This document shows, piece by piece, positions 10,099 through 18,324 of a stretch of 20,130 nucleotides of DNA. The notes beneath the pieces are model-generated. The model did no database searches. It was not told the origin of the DNA and saw only the letters and a program-made list of their open reading frames with translations. The first letter of the stretch is position 1; every line of letters begins with the position of its first letter. A program made the position numbers and the translations under genes. Source of the stretch: Promethearchaeota archaeon (GTDB lineage Archaea > Asgardarchaeota > Lokiarchaeia > Sigyniarchaeales > SOKP01); NCBI GenBank assembly GCA_048938445.1, contig JBHLME010000082.1:1-20130 (forward strand), in the 5' to 3' direction.

Positions 10099-10902
10099 TT
10101 AAATTGCTCCTCTTCTTAAAATTTTACCCTCTCGAGAAACAATTGTCTCTTCAACACTTATTTCCCGTTCTATTACTGAAAGAATGGGTTCCATAAAAAA
10201 TTTTATTTTTTGGCAACATGGTACTTCCATTAGTATCATGTTGATCTTTTTAATTGGATTACTCATTAAAATTGCTTCCAATTTTTCAAGTTCCGCTTCT
10301 CCTAATGAGAGCATCGGACAAAGTGTTACAATTGGTTTTCCTTTTAAGATTTTTCTATGAAAATCACCATAAGCCAAGGGGGAACAATCTGAGACAATAA
10401 TTAACTCTTCATTATTAAAATATGGCGCAGTCGGATTTACCAACGTGAGTTTTGTTGGCCATTGTCTCAATGCTGAGGGGACTTCTTCTGTAATATCTGA
10501 ATCGGCCCAAGTTTGATCATAAACGATCGTGTTAGCGGAAGGACAATTACATTGATGGGTATGTTGTTGCTGTTGCCCTAAGCTTGTATGTTTGAGAGTT
10601 AATTCTAAATGTTTTTGCTCCTTCATCTCCTCCAAGTGCTTCTCTACTTGTTCTTCATCAAACTCTAAGGCATCTCTCTCAATTATCTTTAAAGCACCTT
10701 CGGGACACTCACCAATACAGGCACCCAAACCATCGCAAAAAATTTCACTGATAACTTTCGCTTTTCCATCAATTATTTCTAAAGCCCCTTCTGCGCATGC
10801 TATTACACATTGACCGCATCCAGTGCAAAGTTCCTCGTCTATTTCGATTATTTTCCTTTTTTTTTTATTATATTGTTTGGCTTCAGTCATGATTAAACTC
10901 AA
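10099..10902 (-). CDS. 4Fe-4S ferredoxin-domain protein of the type usually encoded beside hybrid-cluster protein (hcp) genes
   Basis: CTGCGQCVIAC and CDGLGACIGECP, His/Cys linker HTHQCNCPS, then LRQWP, SDC, CP and MEVPCC motifs. The start is more likely the ATG at 10890. Confidence 0.88.
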   Translation of the reverse strand: MSLIMTEAKQYNKKKRKIIEIDEELCTGCGQCVIACAEGALEIIDGKAKVISEIFCDGLGACIGECPEGALKIIERDALEFDEEQVEKHLEEMKEQKHLELTLKHTSLGQQQQHTHQCNCPSANTIVYDQTWADSDITEEVPSALRQWPTKLTLVNPTAPYFNNEELIIVSDCSPLAYGDFHRKILKGKPIVTLCPMLSLGEAELEKLEAILMSNPIKKINMILMEVPCCQKIKFFMEPILSVIEREISVEETIVSREGKILRRGAI

Positions 10903-10956
10903 ATTATTATATTTTATTCTATATTATTTCAAATTTTGAAATCTTATAATATTAAT

Positions 10957-10972
10957 TTCGAACATGTTCAAT
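10957..10972. promoter_or_regulatory. Putative operator palindrome upstream of the ferredoxin gene
   Basis: TTCGAACATGTTCAAT with perfect core GAACATGTTC (10960-10969). The shared 11-mer lies 8 bp upstream (minus strand) of TATA-like ATTATAAG (10943-10950) and recurs at 14277-14287. Confidence 0.6.
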
Positions 10973-11059
10973 GATAATATCTCAAATACATAAGAAAAGC
11001 AGATTTGAGGTTATAAATTTCTTTAATTAAGATTAGTGTCATTTTACTAAAATTTTTTA

Positions 11060-12130
11060 TTAGTTCTTAGGTTGTTGAATCGATTTATTTTTTCTTTTGC
11101 GTTTTTTTATATCATCGGAAAATTTGGATTTATCTTTCTCAACACTAAAAGGATTACTAGGTTTCGATTCATTAATAGGTTGATTACAAACCCAACATAC
11201 ATTTTCTAAATTAGATAACGCACGAGCACATTTCTCACAATAAAGAGCATCACATTTAGAACAAACATAAATGAATCTCAAGGCCTTTGCCTTACATATT
11301 AAACATACTTTTTGCTCTTTATAAAACATCACTTGCTCTTCTGTAATTTTCCCTGGACTTATCTTAGCAAATCTTAAAAGATTTCCCTCAATTTCAATTT
11401 CTTTATTAATTTTCGGCTTTTCTATTGATTCTTCTCTTATGCCGAAATAATATATAATCATACCAATTATTACCCCAATCCTAAAGAATACTACTGCTAT
11501 TAAATTGGATATTAATCCATCCAACACTGCAAATAGCAAAAAAAGAAAATATCCAATAGATATTAATAAAAGTTTTTTCCTTATTATTCCCTCTGATTGA
11601 AAACTTTTAATAAAAAATCCAAAAATCATAATAAATATCAATATTATAGCAAAAATGATAGTGATTCCAAAAGGAGTGAATATACCTATTTCTTCATCAA
11701 TTAGATCTTCACCAATCTTATCAGGATATGTAAAAGTAATAGAATTTGACAAAAAAATATAAAGAATTAACTCATAAACAATAGCAAATATTATTGCTAA
11801 GGAAAAGATGTAATATTTTTTATCCGGAAAGATTAACTCGGTAAATGCAAGTGAACCTACAATAATTATAGGCCCTAGCCACATTAAATTTAAATAACTA
11901 TAGAGACCATACGAATTATCCATATTTTTGCTGGTTAATAATATTGTTATAAAATCAGTGAAATTTCCTAACCACATGAAACTTATAAAAATAAGGATTA
12001 AACTACTATAGTAAAGGAGTTTAGCTTTGAATTTATTTGCATAAAACAATCCAAAAAATCCAATAACAATACCAATAACCACAATTCCAGATACTGAAAG
12101 ACCATTTATCCAGCCAATTGGGGATAGCAT
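11060..12130 (-). CDS. Multi-pass (about 7 TM) membrane protein with C-terminal C4C4 RING-like zinc finger
   Basis: About seven hydrophobic segments in the first ~230 aa, then C-x2-C-x10-C-x2-C-x4-C-x2-C-x10-C-x2-C and a basic tail. Confidence 0.85.
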   Translation of the reverse strand: MLSPIGWINGLSVSGIVVIGIVIGFFGLFYANKFKAKLLYYSSLILIFISFMWLGNFTDFITILLTSKNMDNSYGLYSYLNLMWLGPIIIVGSLAFTELIFPDKKYYIFSLAIIFAIVYELILYIFLSNSITFTYPDKIGEDLIDEEIGIFTPFGITIIFAIILIFIMIFGFFIKSFQSEGIIRKKLLLISIGYFLFLLFAVLDGLISNLIAVVFFRIGVIIGMIIYYFGIREESIEKPKINKEIEIEGNLLRFAKISPGKITEEQVMFYKEQKVCLICKAKALRFIYVCSKCDALYCEKCARALSNLENVCWVCNQPINESKPSNPFSVEKDKSKFSDDIKKRKRKNKSIQQPKN

Positions 12131-12263
12131 TTTTTATATCTTCGTATAGTTAAAAAATTAGATTGAATTTTTTTTATAACCCTAGTGTTCACAAAGCTTA
12201 TTAATTTTTATATAGTTTTTTTCCCTTGAATATAACAAAAAATTAAATATAAAAAATATAATA

Positions 12264-14168
12264 TTAGATACCTAATTTTTTCCTATTTATTTCTATATGC
12301 TCAAGCATCGCATCAACAGCTTCTTTAGTATCAATTTCTACATGCAAAATTCCTCCAGTGACATCTTTACAATCTACCGTGAGAAGCTTTACCAAATCAG
12401 GTCCACCCGTAACCGTCGGAACAGGATTAACATATGTATAGAGACCAAACGCCAGAGCAAAAACAGCGTCTATCGTTGCTTTCTGTTCCATGTATTCAGG
12501 AGCACATGCTATTATGGGTAAATCTGGAATTGGTACACCCCCAAGAGCTGCAGATATGGCACCTACCAAATCAGCTATTCTCCCCGTATCAGTACAAGTT
12601 CCATAACTTAAAACGGGAGGCGTTCCTAATTTCTCACATACGGCTTTAAGACCAGGACCTGCAAGATTTTTAGCCTCTGGACTGCATAATCCTCCAACTT
12701 GTAATGCGCCATTTCCACATCCCATGGAAAGAACGAGAATGTCCCTTTTTATGAGTTCTTTAGCTACTTCTATTGTGTGAACATCTTGACCATAATCTCT
12801 AAGACTCGTGCAAGAAACCAAGCCTGCAACACCCCTTATGGCTCCACTCTTAATTGCGTCTAATAAAGGATCAAGAGTACCACCTAAAGCTTCAAGGATG
12901 CTTTCAGTTGAAAAACCAACGATTGCCTCATTCATTTCTAATCCTATTATGGGTTCGATGGTAGCTCGGCGTTCCTTGAAATTATCAATAGCCATTTGCA
13001 AGAGGATCGCTGCTTGTTCCTCGGCTTTTTCTGGTTTATAATCCACTCTCTCGTTTACACCTTCAAATGCAACAACTTCAGATACGGGCACTAATTTAAA
13101 TTTATACTTTTCAGCATAGATTGGATCGATCGGCATTGAGCAATTCATATCACAAATGAATGCATCAATACATCCACTTGCTAAAATGGCTTCTTGCATT
13201 ATCCAATTACCAGTAAATCCATAAAAAACATCATCCATTTCCCATCTTTGTATCATCTCTTGTCCAGTTTCGATATTTGCTATGATTCGCAATCCTTTCG
13301 CTCCGACCTCTTTAGCTTTTGCTTGCCATTCTGGTTTTCTCGCTAGTTGAACCATCGCAAAACCCAGAAATGGTTCATGACCATTAGGAAGAATATTTAC
13401 ATAATCAGGATCTAGTACTCCTAAATTTACCCTCATTGGATGAGGTTTAGGAATATTAAATAGTATGTCTTGAATGAATTCATTTACAATTTGACTTTGA
13501 TATGCCATAGCAATGCCCAATCTCATGGCTTTTAAAGCTAAGCTTACATAATATCCATCGACATTTGTCAAACAGGAACTTGTAGAAAACATCATCTCTC
13601 CATATAGACCTCCTGGAAAAATGCCTAATTTTTTCCATGTCTCAATTCTTTCTGGAGGCGCGAGTTTTTCTACAATCAAACTTGGTTCATCAAAAGCTCT
13701 GTTAAAATCTTCCTTTACAAAATCATGCAATCTAAGTGCTATGTCCTTATCCGATCCTGACGAAACTAATCCTAAACGTCCCACAAAACTCTTTAATTTC
13801 TCAGGTTCAGAAATTTTGAATGGAGTTTTTCCTTCTACAGTAGCTTTTAGCGTCCTAAGAGTTGTTTCTGTGTGATAATGGTATGTTGAGGCACCCATAA
13901 CATTTCTGAGAAGCATCATTCTCATCGCCATTCCATCCGCAGTAATACCACATACCCCCCTCTTATCTATTGAAGCATCAGACCTACAAGGACCATTAGA
14001 GCATAAATCACAGCGAGCACCTTTTAAACAAAATGGACAGCGTTTATCAGGGTCTTCACCAAATCCTTGTGCTACAAATCGATCCCATATATTAACCATT
14101 CCATCATTTTTAATACGCTCATATACTTTTTGAACAGATTTATGATATGAAATTCTTTCTCCTTCCAT
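12264..14168 (-). CDS. cooS: Anaerobic CO dehydrogenase catalytic-subunit homolog with non-canonical active site (CooS-V/clade D-like)
   Basis: B-cluster CDLCSNGPC...GVCG and CPFC-type D-cluster. C-cluster region: NGHEP, NIETGQE (Cys replaced by Glu), DMNC, VSCT, GCG, GTCTD and PEYMEQKA. GAGGT Shine-Dalgarno 8 nt upstream of the ATG. Confidence 0.93.
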   Translation of the reverse strand: MEGERISYHKSVQKVYERIKNDGMVNIWDRFVAQGFGEDPDKRCPFCLKGARCDLCSNGPCRSDASIDKRGVCGITADGMAMRMMLLRNVMGASTYHYHTETTLRTLKATVEGKTPFKISEPEKLKSFVGRLGLVSSGSDKDIALRLHDFVKEDFNRAFDEPSLIVEKLAPPERIETWKKLGIFPGGLYGEMMFSTSSCLTNVDGYYVSLALKAMRLGIAMAYQSQIVNEFIQDILFNIPKPHPMRVNLGVLDPDYVNILPNGHEPFLGFAMVQLARKPEWQAKAKEVGAKGLRIIANIETGQEMIQRWEMDDVFYGFTGNWIMQEAILASGCIDAFICDMNCSMPIDPIYAEKYKFKLVPVSEVVAFEGVNERVDYKPEKAEEQAAILLQMAIDNFKERRATIEPIIGLEMNEAIVGFSTESILEALGGTLDPLLDAIKSGAIRGVAGLVSCTSLRDYGQDVHTIEVAKELIKRDILVLSMGCGNGALQVGGLCSPEAKNLAGPGLKAVCEKLGTPPVLSYGTCTDTGRIADLVGAISAALGGVPIPDLPIIACAPEYMEQKATIDAVFALAFGLYTYVNPVPTVTGGPDLVKLLTVDCKDVTGGILHVEIDTKEAVDAMLEHIEINRKKLGI

Positions 14169-14274
14169 TTTTCATAACCTCTCTTTTTTTTTATCACTCT
14201 TTAGTTTGTTATTTATTATAAAATTTTTATTTATGAATCATGTATCCAAAAATTTTACTTAATAAAGAATCATC

Positions 14275-14290
14275 TACGAACATGTTCTAT
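14275..14290. promoter_or_regulatory. Putative operator palindrome in the divergent cooS/oxidoreductase intergenic region
   Basis: TACGAACATGTTCTAT with perfect core GAACATGTTC (14278-14287). The shared 11-mer lies 11 bp upstream (minus strand) of TATA-like TTATTAAG (14258-14265). Confidence 0.6.
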
Positions 14291-14372
14291 ATGGATTTCT
14301 CGATATTCTTTATTGTGTGTGTTTGAAATTATAATAAAAAGTTTAAAATATTATGTTTAAAGTATTAAAGTT

Positions 14373-15728
14373 ATGAAGATTATAATCATCGGAAATGGCG
14401 TTGCTGGGACATTTACTGCTCAAAATATTCGAAGCTTTGATAGTAACGTAGAAATAGATATTTTTTCGGAAGAGAAATACCCTTATTACACGCGAGTTAA
14501 GCTTCCAGAACTCATTTCAGAAAAAATATCAATTGAGGATTTAATTGTTTTTAAAAAAGAGTGGTATGAAAAAAAAAACATTAAAACCCACTTGAATAAA
14601 CTTGTTAAAAGAATTATTCCAGAGGATAAAAAAATCCTTTTAGAAGGTGAAAATGATCCAATTTTTTACGATAAACTCATCATTGCAACAGGAAGCCTGC
14701 CTAATATCCCCCCTATTAAAAAAGCTAAGGAAATGTATGGAAATGGTGTTTTTACTCTGAGAAATATAGATAACGCTTTAGAAATCCGTAATTATATAAA
14801 AAACAATGGAATTAAAAAAGCAATCATTATTGGTGGAGGTTTACTTGGATTAGAGTTAGCAAAACAAATAAAAGATTGTAATCTTGATACAGTTGTTGTA
14901 GAATTCTTCCCAAGATTATTACCAAAACAATTAGATTCAAGTTGTGGCGTGCTTCTCAAGGATAAAATAGAAGAAATGGGTATTAAAGTAGAATTAGATG
15001 CTACAACAGAAGAAATCATAATCAATGGTACTGTAAGAGGAATAAAAATTAAAGATGGTCGAATAATTCAAGGAGATTTAGTTCTAATTCAAGCGGGAAT
15101 TACACCTACTATTGATTTGGTTAAACAAACAGATATAGAGACAAATCGAGGGATTATCGTGAATCAATATCTAGAGACAAGCAAAAAAGATATATATGCT
15201 GTTGGAGATTGTATAGAATATAAAAATCAAACTTGGGGCATAATCCCCGCATGTATTGAACAATCAAAAATCATAGCAGCTTCTGTTTTAGAAAAAAAAA
15301 AAATGGGTTATGAAGGAACAATTCCCAAAAATACTCTTAAAATAATGGGAATAGACTTGACTTCTATTGGAATTTTTGATCCTGAAGATAAGGATCGCAT
15401 AGGTGCAGGTTGGCAAATATTGAAGAATCTTGACTCTAAAGAAAAATGCTATAAAAAAATCGTTTTGAAAGATAATAAGCTTAAAGGAGCAATACTTTTT
15501 GGCGAAAATGAAGCTCGCTCTTATGTGAATAAGAACATGGATATGGAAATTGAAGAATTAGAATTACGTAAAGCAATCAACTTATATAAATGGATATGTG
15601 GGGGATGTGGAACCATATATGATGAAGCAGTGATGGAATTGTTATTTAAAAACTTGCCCGATGATTGGAAGTGTCCGAATTGTGGCTCCAATAAGGATAA
15701 ATTTAAAAAACACATTAGTGAAGATTAA
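14373..15728 (+). CDS. FAD-dependent NAD(P)H oxidoreductase (NADH:rubredoxin oxidoreductase/NirB N-terminal-like) fused to a C-terminal rubredoxin
   Basis: GNGVAG (FAD), IIATGS, GGGLLGLE (NAD) and IYAVGDC, then C-terminal WICGGCGTIYD...LPDDWKCPNCGS. Confidence 0.92.
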   Translation: MKIIIIGNGVAGTFTAQNIRSFDSNVEIDIFSEEKYPYYTRVKLPELISEKISIEDLIVFKKEWYEKKNIKTHLNKLVKRIIPEDKKILLEGENDPIFYDKLIIATGSLPNIPPIKKAKEMYGNGVFTLRNIDNALEIRNYIKNNGIKKAIIIGGGLLGLELAKQIKDCNLDTVVVEFFPRLLPKQLDSSCGVLLKDKIEEMGIKVELDATTEEIIINGTVRGIKIKDGRIIQGDLVLIQAGITPTIDLVKQTDIETNRGIIVNQYLETSKKDIYAVGDCIEYKNQTWGIIPACIEQSKIIAASVLEKKKMGYEGTIPKNTLKIMGIDLTSIGIFDPEDKDRIGAGWQILKNLDSKEKCYKKIVLKDNKLKGAILFGENEARSYVNKNMDMEIEELELRKAINLYKWICGGCGTIYDEAVMELLFKNLPDDWKCPNCGSNKDKFKKHISED

Positions 15729-15826
15729 TTGATTATAAATCATATAATTATTCAATTGTAAAATTTTAAAGTAAATAAAGACATATCTTTAGAAAAAAGT
15801 CAAGTATAAGAGGAAGATGCTATAAA

Positions 15827-17290
15827 TTGGACTATAAAATTCCTAAATGCATGAGTACGCAACATCCAGATAATGTAAATTCACCTTTTTTCACGCAATC
15901 CTCTGAAATCGGGGGAGAAGATGAGATAATGGAAGCTTATTATTCCTATTCTCATCTTGGTTGTGATGAGCAAATGTGGGATTGCGAGGGAAAGGAAATT
16001 GATAATTATGTTGTTAAAAAGTTGTTAACAAGATATCATAATTATTTTATAGAGAACAGATTAGGTAGAGACATATTTTTAACGCTTAGAGTTCCTAATC
16101 CAACGGTAGAAAAACCTGAAGCAAAAATCTTGATTGAGACATTAGAAAGCATCCCAAGATCCTTTGATGCTTCCAATTTAATATTTGAAGATGATATTGC
16201 TCCGATTTTTGAAGTTATTTTACCAATGACGACATCTTCTAAGTGTGTTGATAGAGTCTATTGTTATTATCGAGATTTCGTAATAGGTAAATCGAAAAAA
16301 TCATTTGCTGAAGGGGACATTACGATTGAAGATTGGATAGGCAAATTTTATCCCAATAAAATTAATGTTATTCCATTAATAGAAGATATGGAACATATGA
16401 TTAATGCGGATCAAATCTTAAAAAATTATCTTAGCGATAAAAATGAAAAATACCATAGGGTTTTCTTTGCGCGTTCTGATCCTGCTATGAATTATGGGTT
16501 AGTATCTGCTGTATTAATCAATAAAATTGCATTACAAAAAATTTACCATTTATCTAATACTCTTAATATTGAAATTTATCCAATAGTGGGGGTTGGATCT
16601 GCTCCTTTTAGAGGGAATTTAAGACCGAAAAATGTTCAAAGAGTCGCAAAAGAATATCCCTATACATATACATTCACGATTCAGTCTGCATTCAAATATG
16701 ATAATCCTCCAAACGATGTAATGAATGGGATTAAAATATTAAGAGAAAGAAAACAAAAATCTCCCATAAATGTTGATGAACATAAAAGCATCGAAATAAT
16801 TAAGAGATATTCTGAAGAGTATGAAAAGCAAATAATGCTTTTAGCACCTCTCATCAATAAAGTTGCAAAATATATTCCTAGTAGAAGAAAACGTAAACTT
16901 CATATTGGATTATTTGGATATTCAAGAAATGTTGGGGGGATAAACCTCCCAAGAGCAATAAATTTCACGGCATCTTTATATTCATTAGGTATACCCCCAG
17001 AATTATTAGGTTTGAATGCTCTAACGGAAAAGTATATAGATTATATCAAACAGGTATATATTAATTTTGAAGAGGATTTGAAGGACGCTCTTCAATTTTT
17101 TAATCCAAATATTGATTATATTCCTGATGTTGTTAAATTAAAATTGAAAGATCTAACCATTGACTATAAACAAAATCAGGAGCATGCAGAGATCACATCT
17201 GATATATTAGATTCCCTAAAAAAAAATAAAAATGAAGATCTTACTGAAAATATACTAATGGCTGCAAGTATTAGAAAATTTTTAGGATAA
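15827..17290 (+). CDS. ppcA: Phosphoenolpyruvate carboxylase, archaeal type
   Basis: IPKCMSTQHPDN, MWDCEGK, LTLRVPNP, EVILPMT, ARSDPAMNYG, GSAPFRG, HIGLFGYSR and LPRAINF; 487 aa; TTG start. Confidence 0.97.
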   Translation: MDYKIPKCMSTQHPDNVNSPFFTQSSEIGGEDEIMEAYYSYSHLGCDEQMWDCEGKEIDNYVVKKLLTRYHNYFIENRLGRDIFLTLRVPNPTVEKPEAKILIETLESIPRSFDASNLIFEDDIAPIFEVILPMTTSSKCVDRVYCYYRDFVIGKSKKSFAEGDITIEDWIGKFYPNKINVIPLIEDMEHMINADQILKNYLSDKNEKYHRVFFARSDPAMNYGLVSAVLINKIALQKIYHLSNTLNIEIYPIVGVGSAPFRGNLRPKNVQRVAKEYPYTYTFTIQSAFKYDNPPNDVMNGIKILRERKQKSPINVDEHKSIEIIKRYSEEYEKQIMLLAPLINKVAKYIPSRRKRKLHIGLFGYSRNVGGINLPRAINFTASLYSLGIPPELLGLNALTEKYIDYIKQVYINFEEDLKDALQFFNPNIDYIPDVVKLKLKDLTIDYKQNQEHAEITSDILDSLKKNKNEDLTENILMAASIRKFLG

Positions 17291-17341
17291 ATAGCAAGAA
17301 ATAAAATAAAAAATAATATTCAAAAAAAATAGGTGTTATAG

Positions 17342-17485
17342 GTGGCTATATATCGCTGTAAAAGGTGTAATTACCTATATATTGATGAACAGAACGAATG
17401 TTGTTTTGAAGATATTATTGAGGAAAAATTCAAATGCCCTCGTTGTAAGTGTTCAAAAAGGTTATTTGAAAAAATAGAAAATTAA
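17342..17485 (+). CDS. Rubredoxin-like small protein, 47 aa (not in ORF track)
   Basis: GTG(17342) to TAA(17485): MAIYRCKRCNYLYIDEQNECCFEDIIEEKFKCPRCKCSKRLFEKIEN. It has two CxxC knuckles with the rubredoxin pattern YxCxxCxYxY...F...CPxC..K..F, and an AGGTG Shine-Dalgarno at 17331-17335. Confidence 0.85.
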   Translation: MAIYRCKRCNYLYIDEQNECCFEDIIEEKFKCPRCKCSKRLFEKIEN

Positions 17486-17524
17486 TTTTAGAATAAATAA
17501 GGAAAAAAACAATCTGATAAAAAA

Positions 17525-18178
17525 TTGGATATAAATAAAGATCTTGATCCACAATTGATTAAATTATCTAAAAAGATTGGATTAGATATAATTGGATTTG
17601 CAGATGTGAAACATTTTAAAAATCCTATAAATGAGAATAGTCCAAAATACTATCAAGATGATTCAAAAATTGTAATAATTGTTGGTTTACATTTATTTGA
17701 TATTTTCCTCGATATTTGGATTGAAAATAAAAAAGCGGGAAAAAATTTTCATTTTTTAGATATTATTTTAGAAAAAAATTGCTATAAAATAAAAGAATTC
17801 CTCTCTAAACGGGGATATAAATCAACAATCATTCCTTATTCATCAGGTTTCTATTTAAAAAATGCTGCTGCATTGGCAGGAATTGGACCTATAGGAAAAA
17901 GTAATCTGTTAATCACTGATGAGTACGGCTCACAAGTGAGATTAAGAGCATTAACTACAAATGCTCCATTGAAAGCAGGAAAACCTATTTTAAAAAGTAA
18001 ATATTGTAAAGAATGTGCAATTTGCATTAAAGCTTGTCCAGCAGAAGCTCTTTCAAAGGGAAATTATGATAAAGATGCGTGCTTATCTTACAATTTAAAA
18101 AATCTAAAAAAATTTTCTAATTATTCTTCAATATGGTGTAATATTTGTATTGAATCATGTCCAATAGGAAAAAAATAA
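17525..18178 (+). CDS. QueG/reductive-dehalogenase-like 4Fe-4S dicluster protein (cobalamin-binding family)
   Basis: IIGFAD, KNAAALAGIGPIGKSNLLITDEYGSQVRLRALTT, CKECAICIKACP and C...WCNICIESCP; TTG start. Confidence 0.85.
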   Translation: MDINKDLDPQLIKLSKKIGLDIIGFADVKHFKNPINENSPKYYQDDSKIVIIVGLHLFDIFLDIWIENKKAGKNFHFLDIILEKNCYKIKEFLSKRGYKSTIIPYSSGFYLKNAAALAGIGPIGKSNLLITDEYGSQVRLRALTTNAPLKAGKPILKSKYCKECAICIKACPAEALSKGNYDKDACLSYNLKNLKKFSNYSSIWCNICIESCPIGKK

Positions 18179-18324
18179 AAGATTTAGCATAAAATAATTT
18201 TCATTTCTAATAATAACTAATGCAATTTAATAATATTTTTATTTTATAAATAGAACGTTTTAATAGAAACAAAAATAAAGACTTTTTAATAGATAATTTT
18301 TAATATTATAGGTTTAATTGGACA

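Noticed and set aside
10957-10972. Reading GAACATGTTC as a Gram-positive LexA/SOS box
   Set aside because: The Cheo box is GAAC-N4-GTTC, whereas the spacer here is 2 nt. The context is archaeal and the downstream genes are not DNA-repair genes.
5893-15715. Remaining short opposite-strand ORFs within the ATPase, regulator, ferredoxin, cooS and oxidoreductase genes
   Set aside because: All are fully nested antisense to well-supported genes.
14373-15728. Calling this gene nitrite reductase nirB
   Set aside because: It has only the flavin/NAD domains plus a rubredoxin, with no BFD [2Fe-2S] or siroheme domains.
17525-18178. Calling this gene queG or a respiratory rdhA
   Set aside because: It is short (217 aa), has no Tat signal or clear rdhB anchor, and archaea are not known to make queuosine; only a family-level call is supported.
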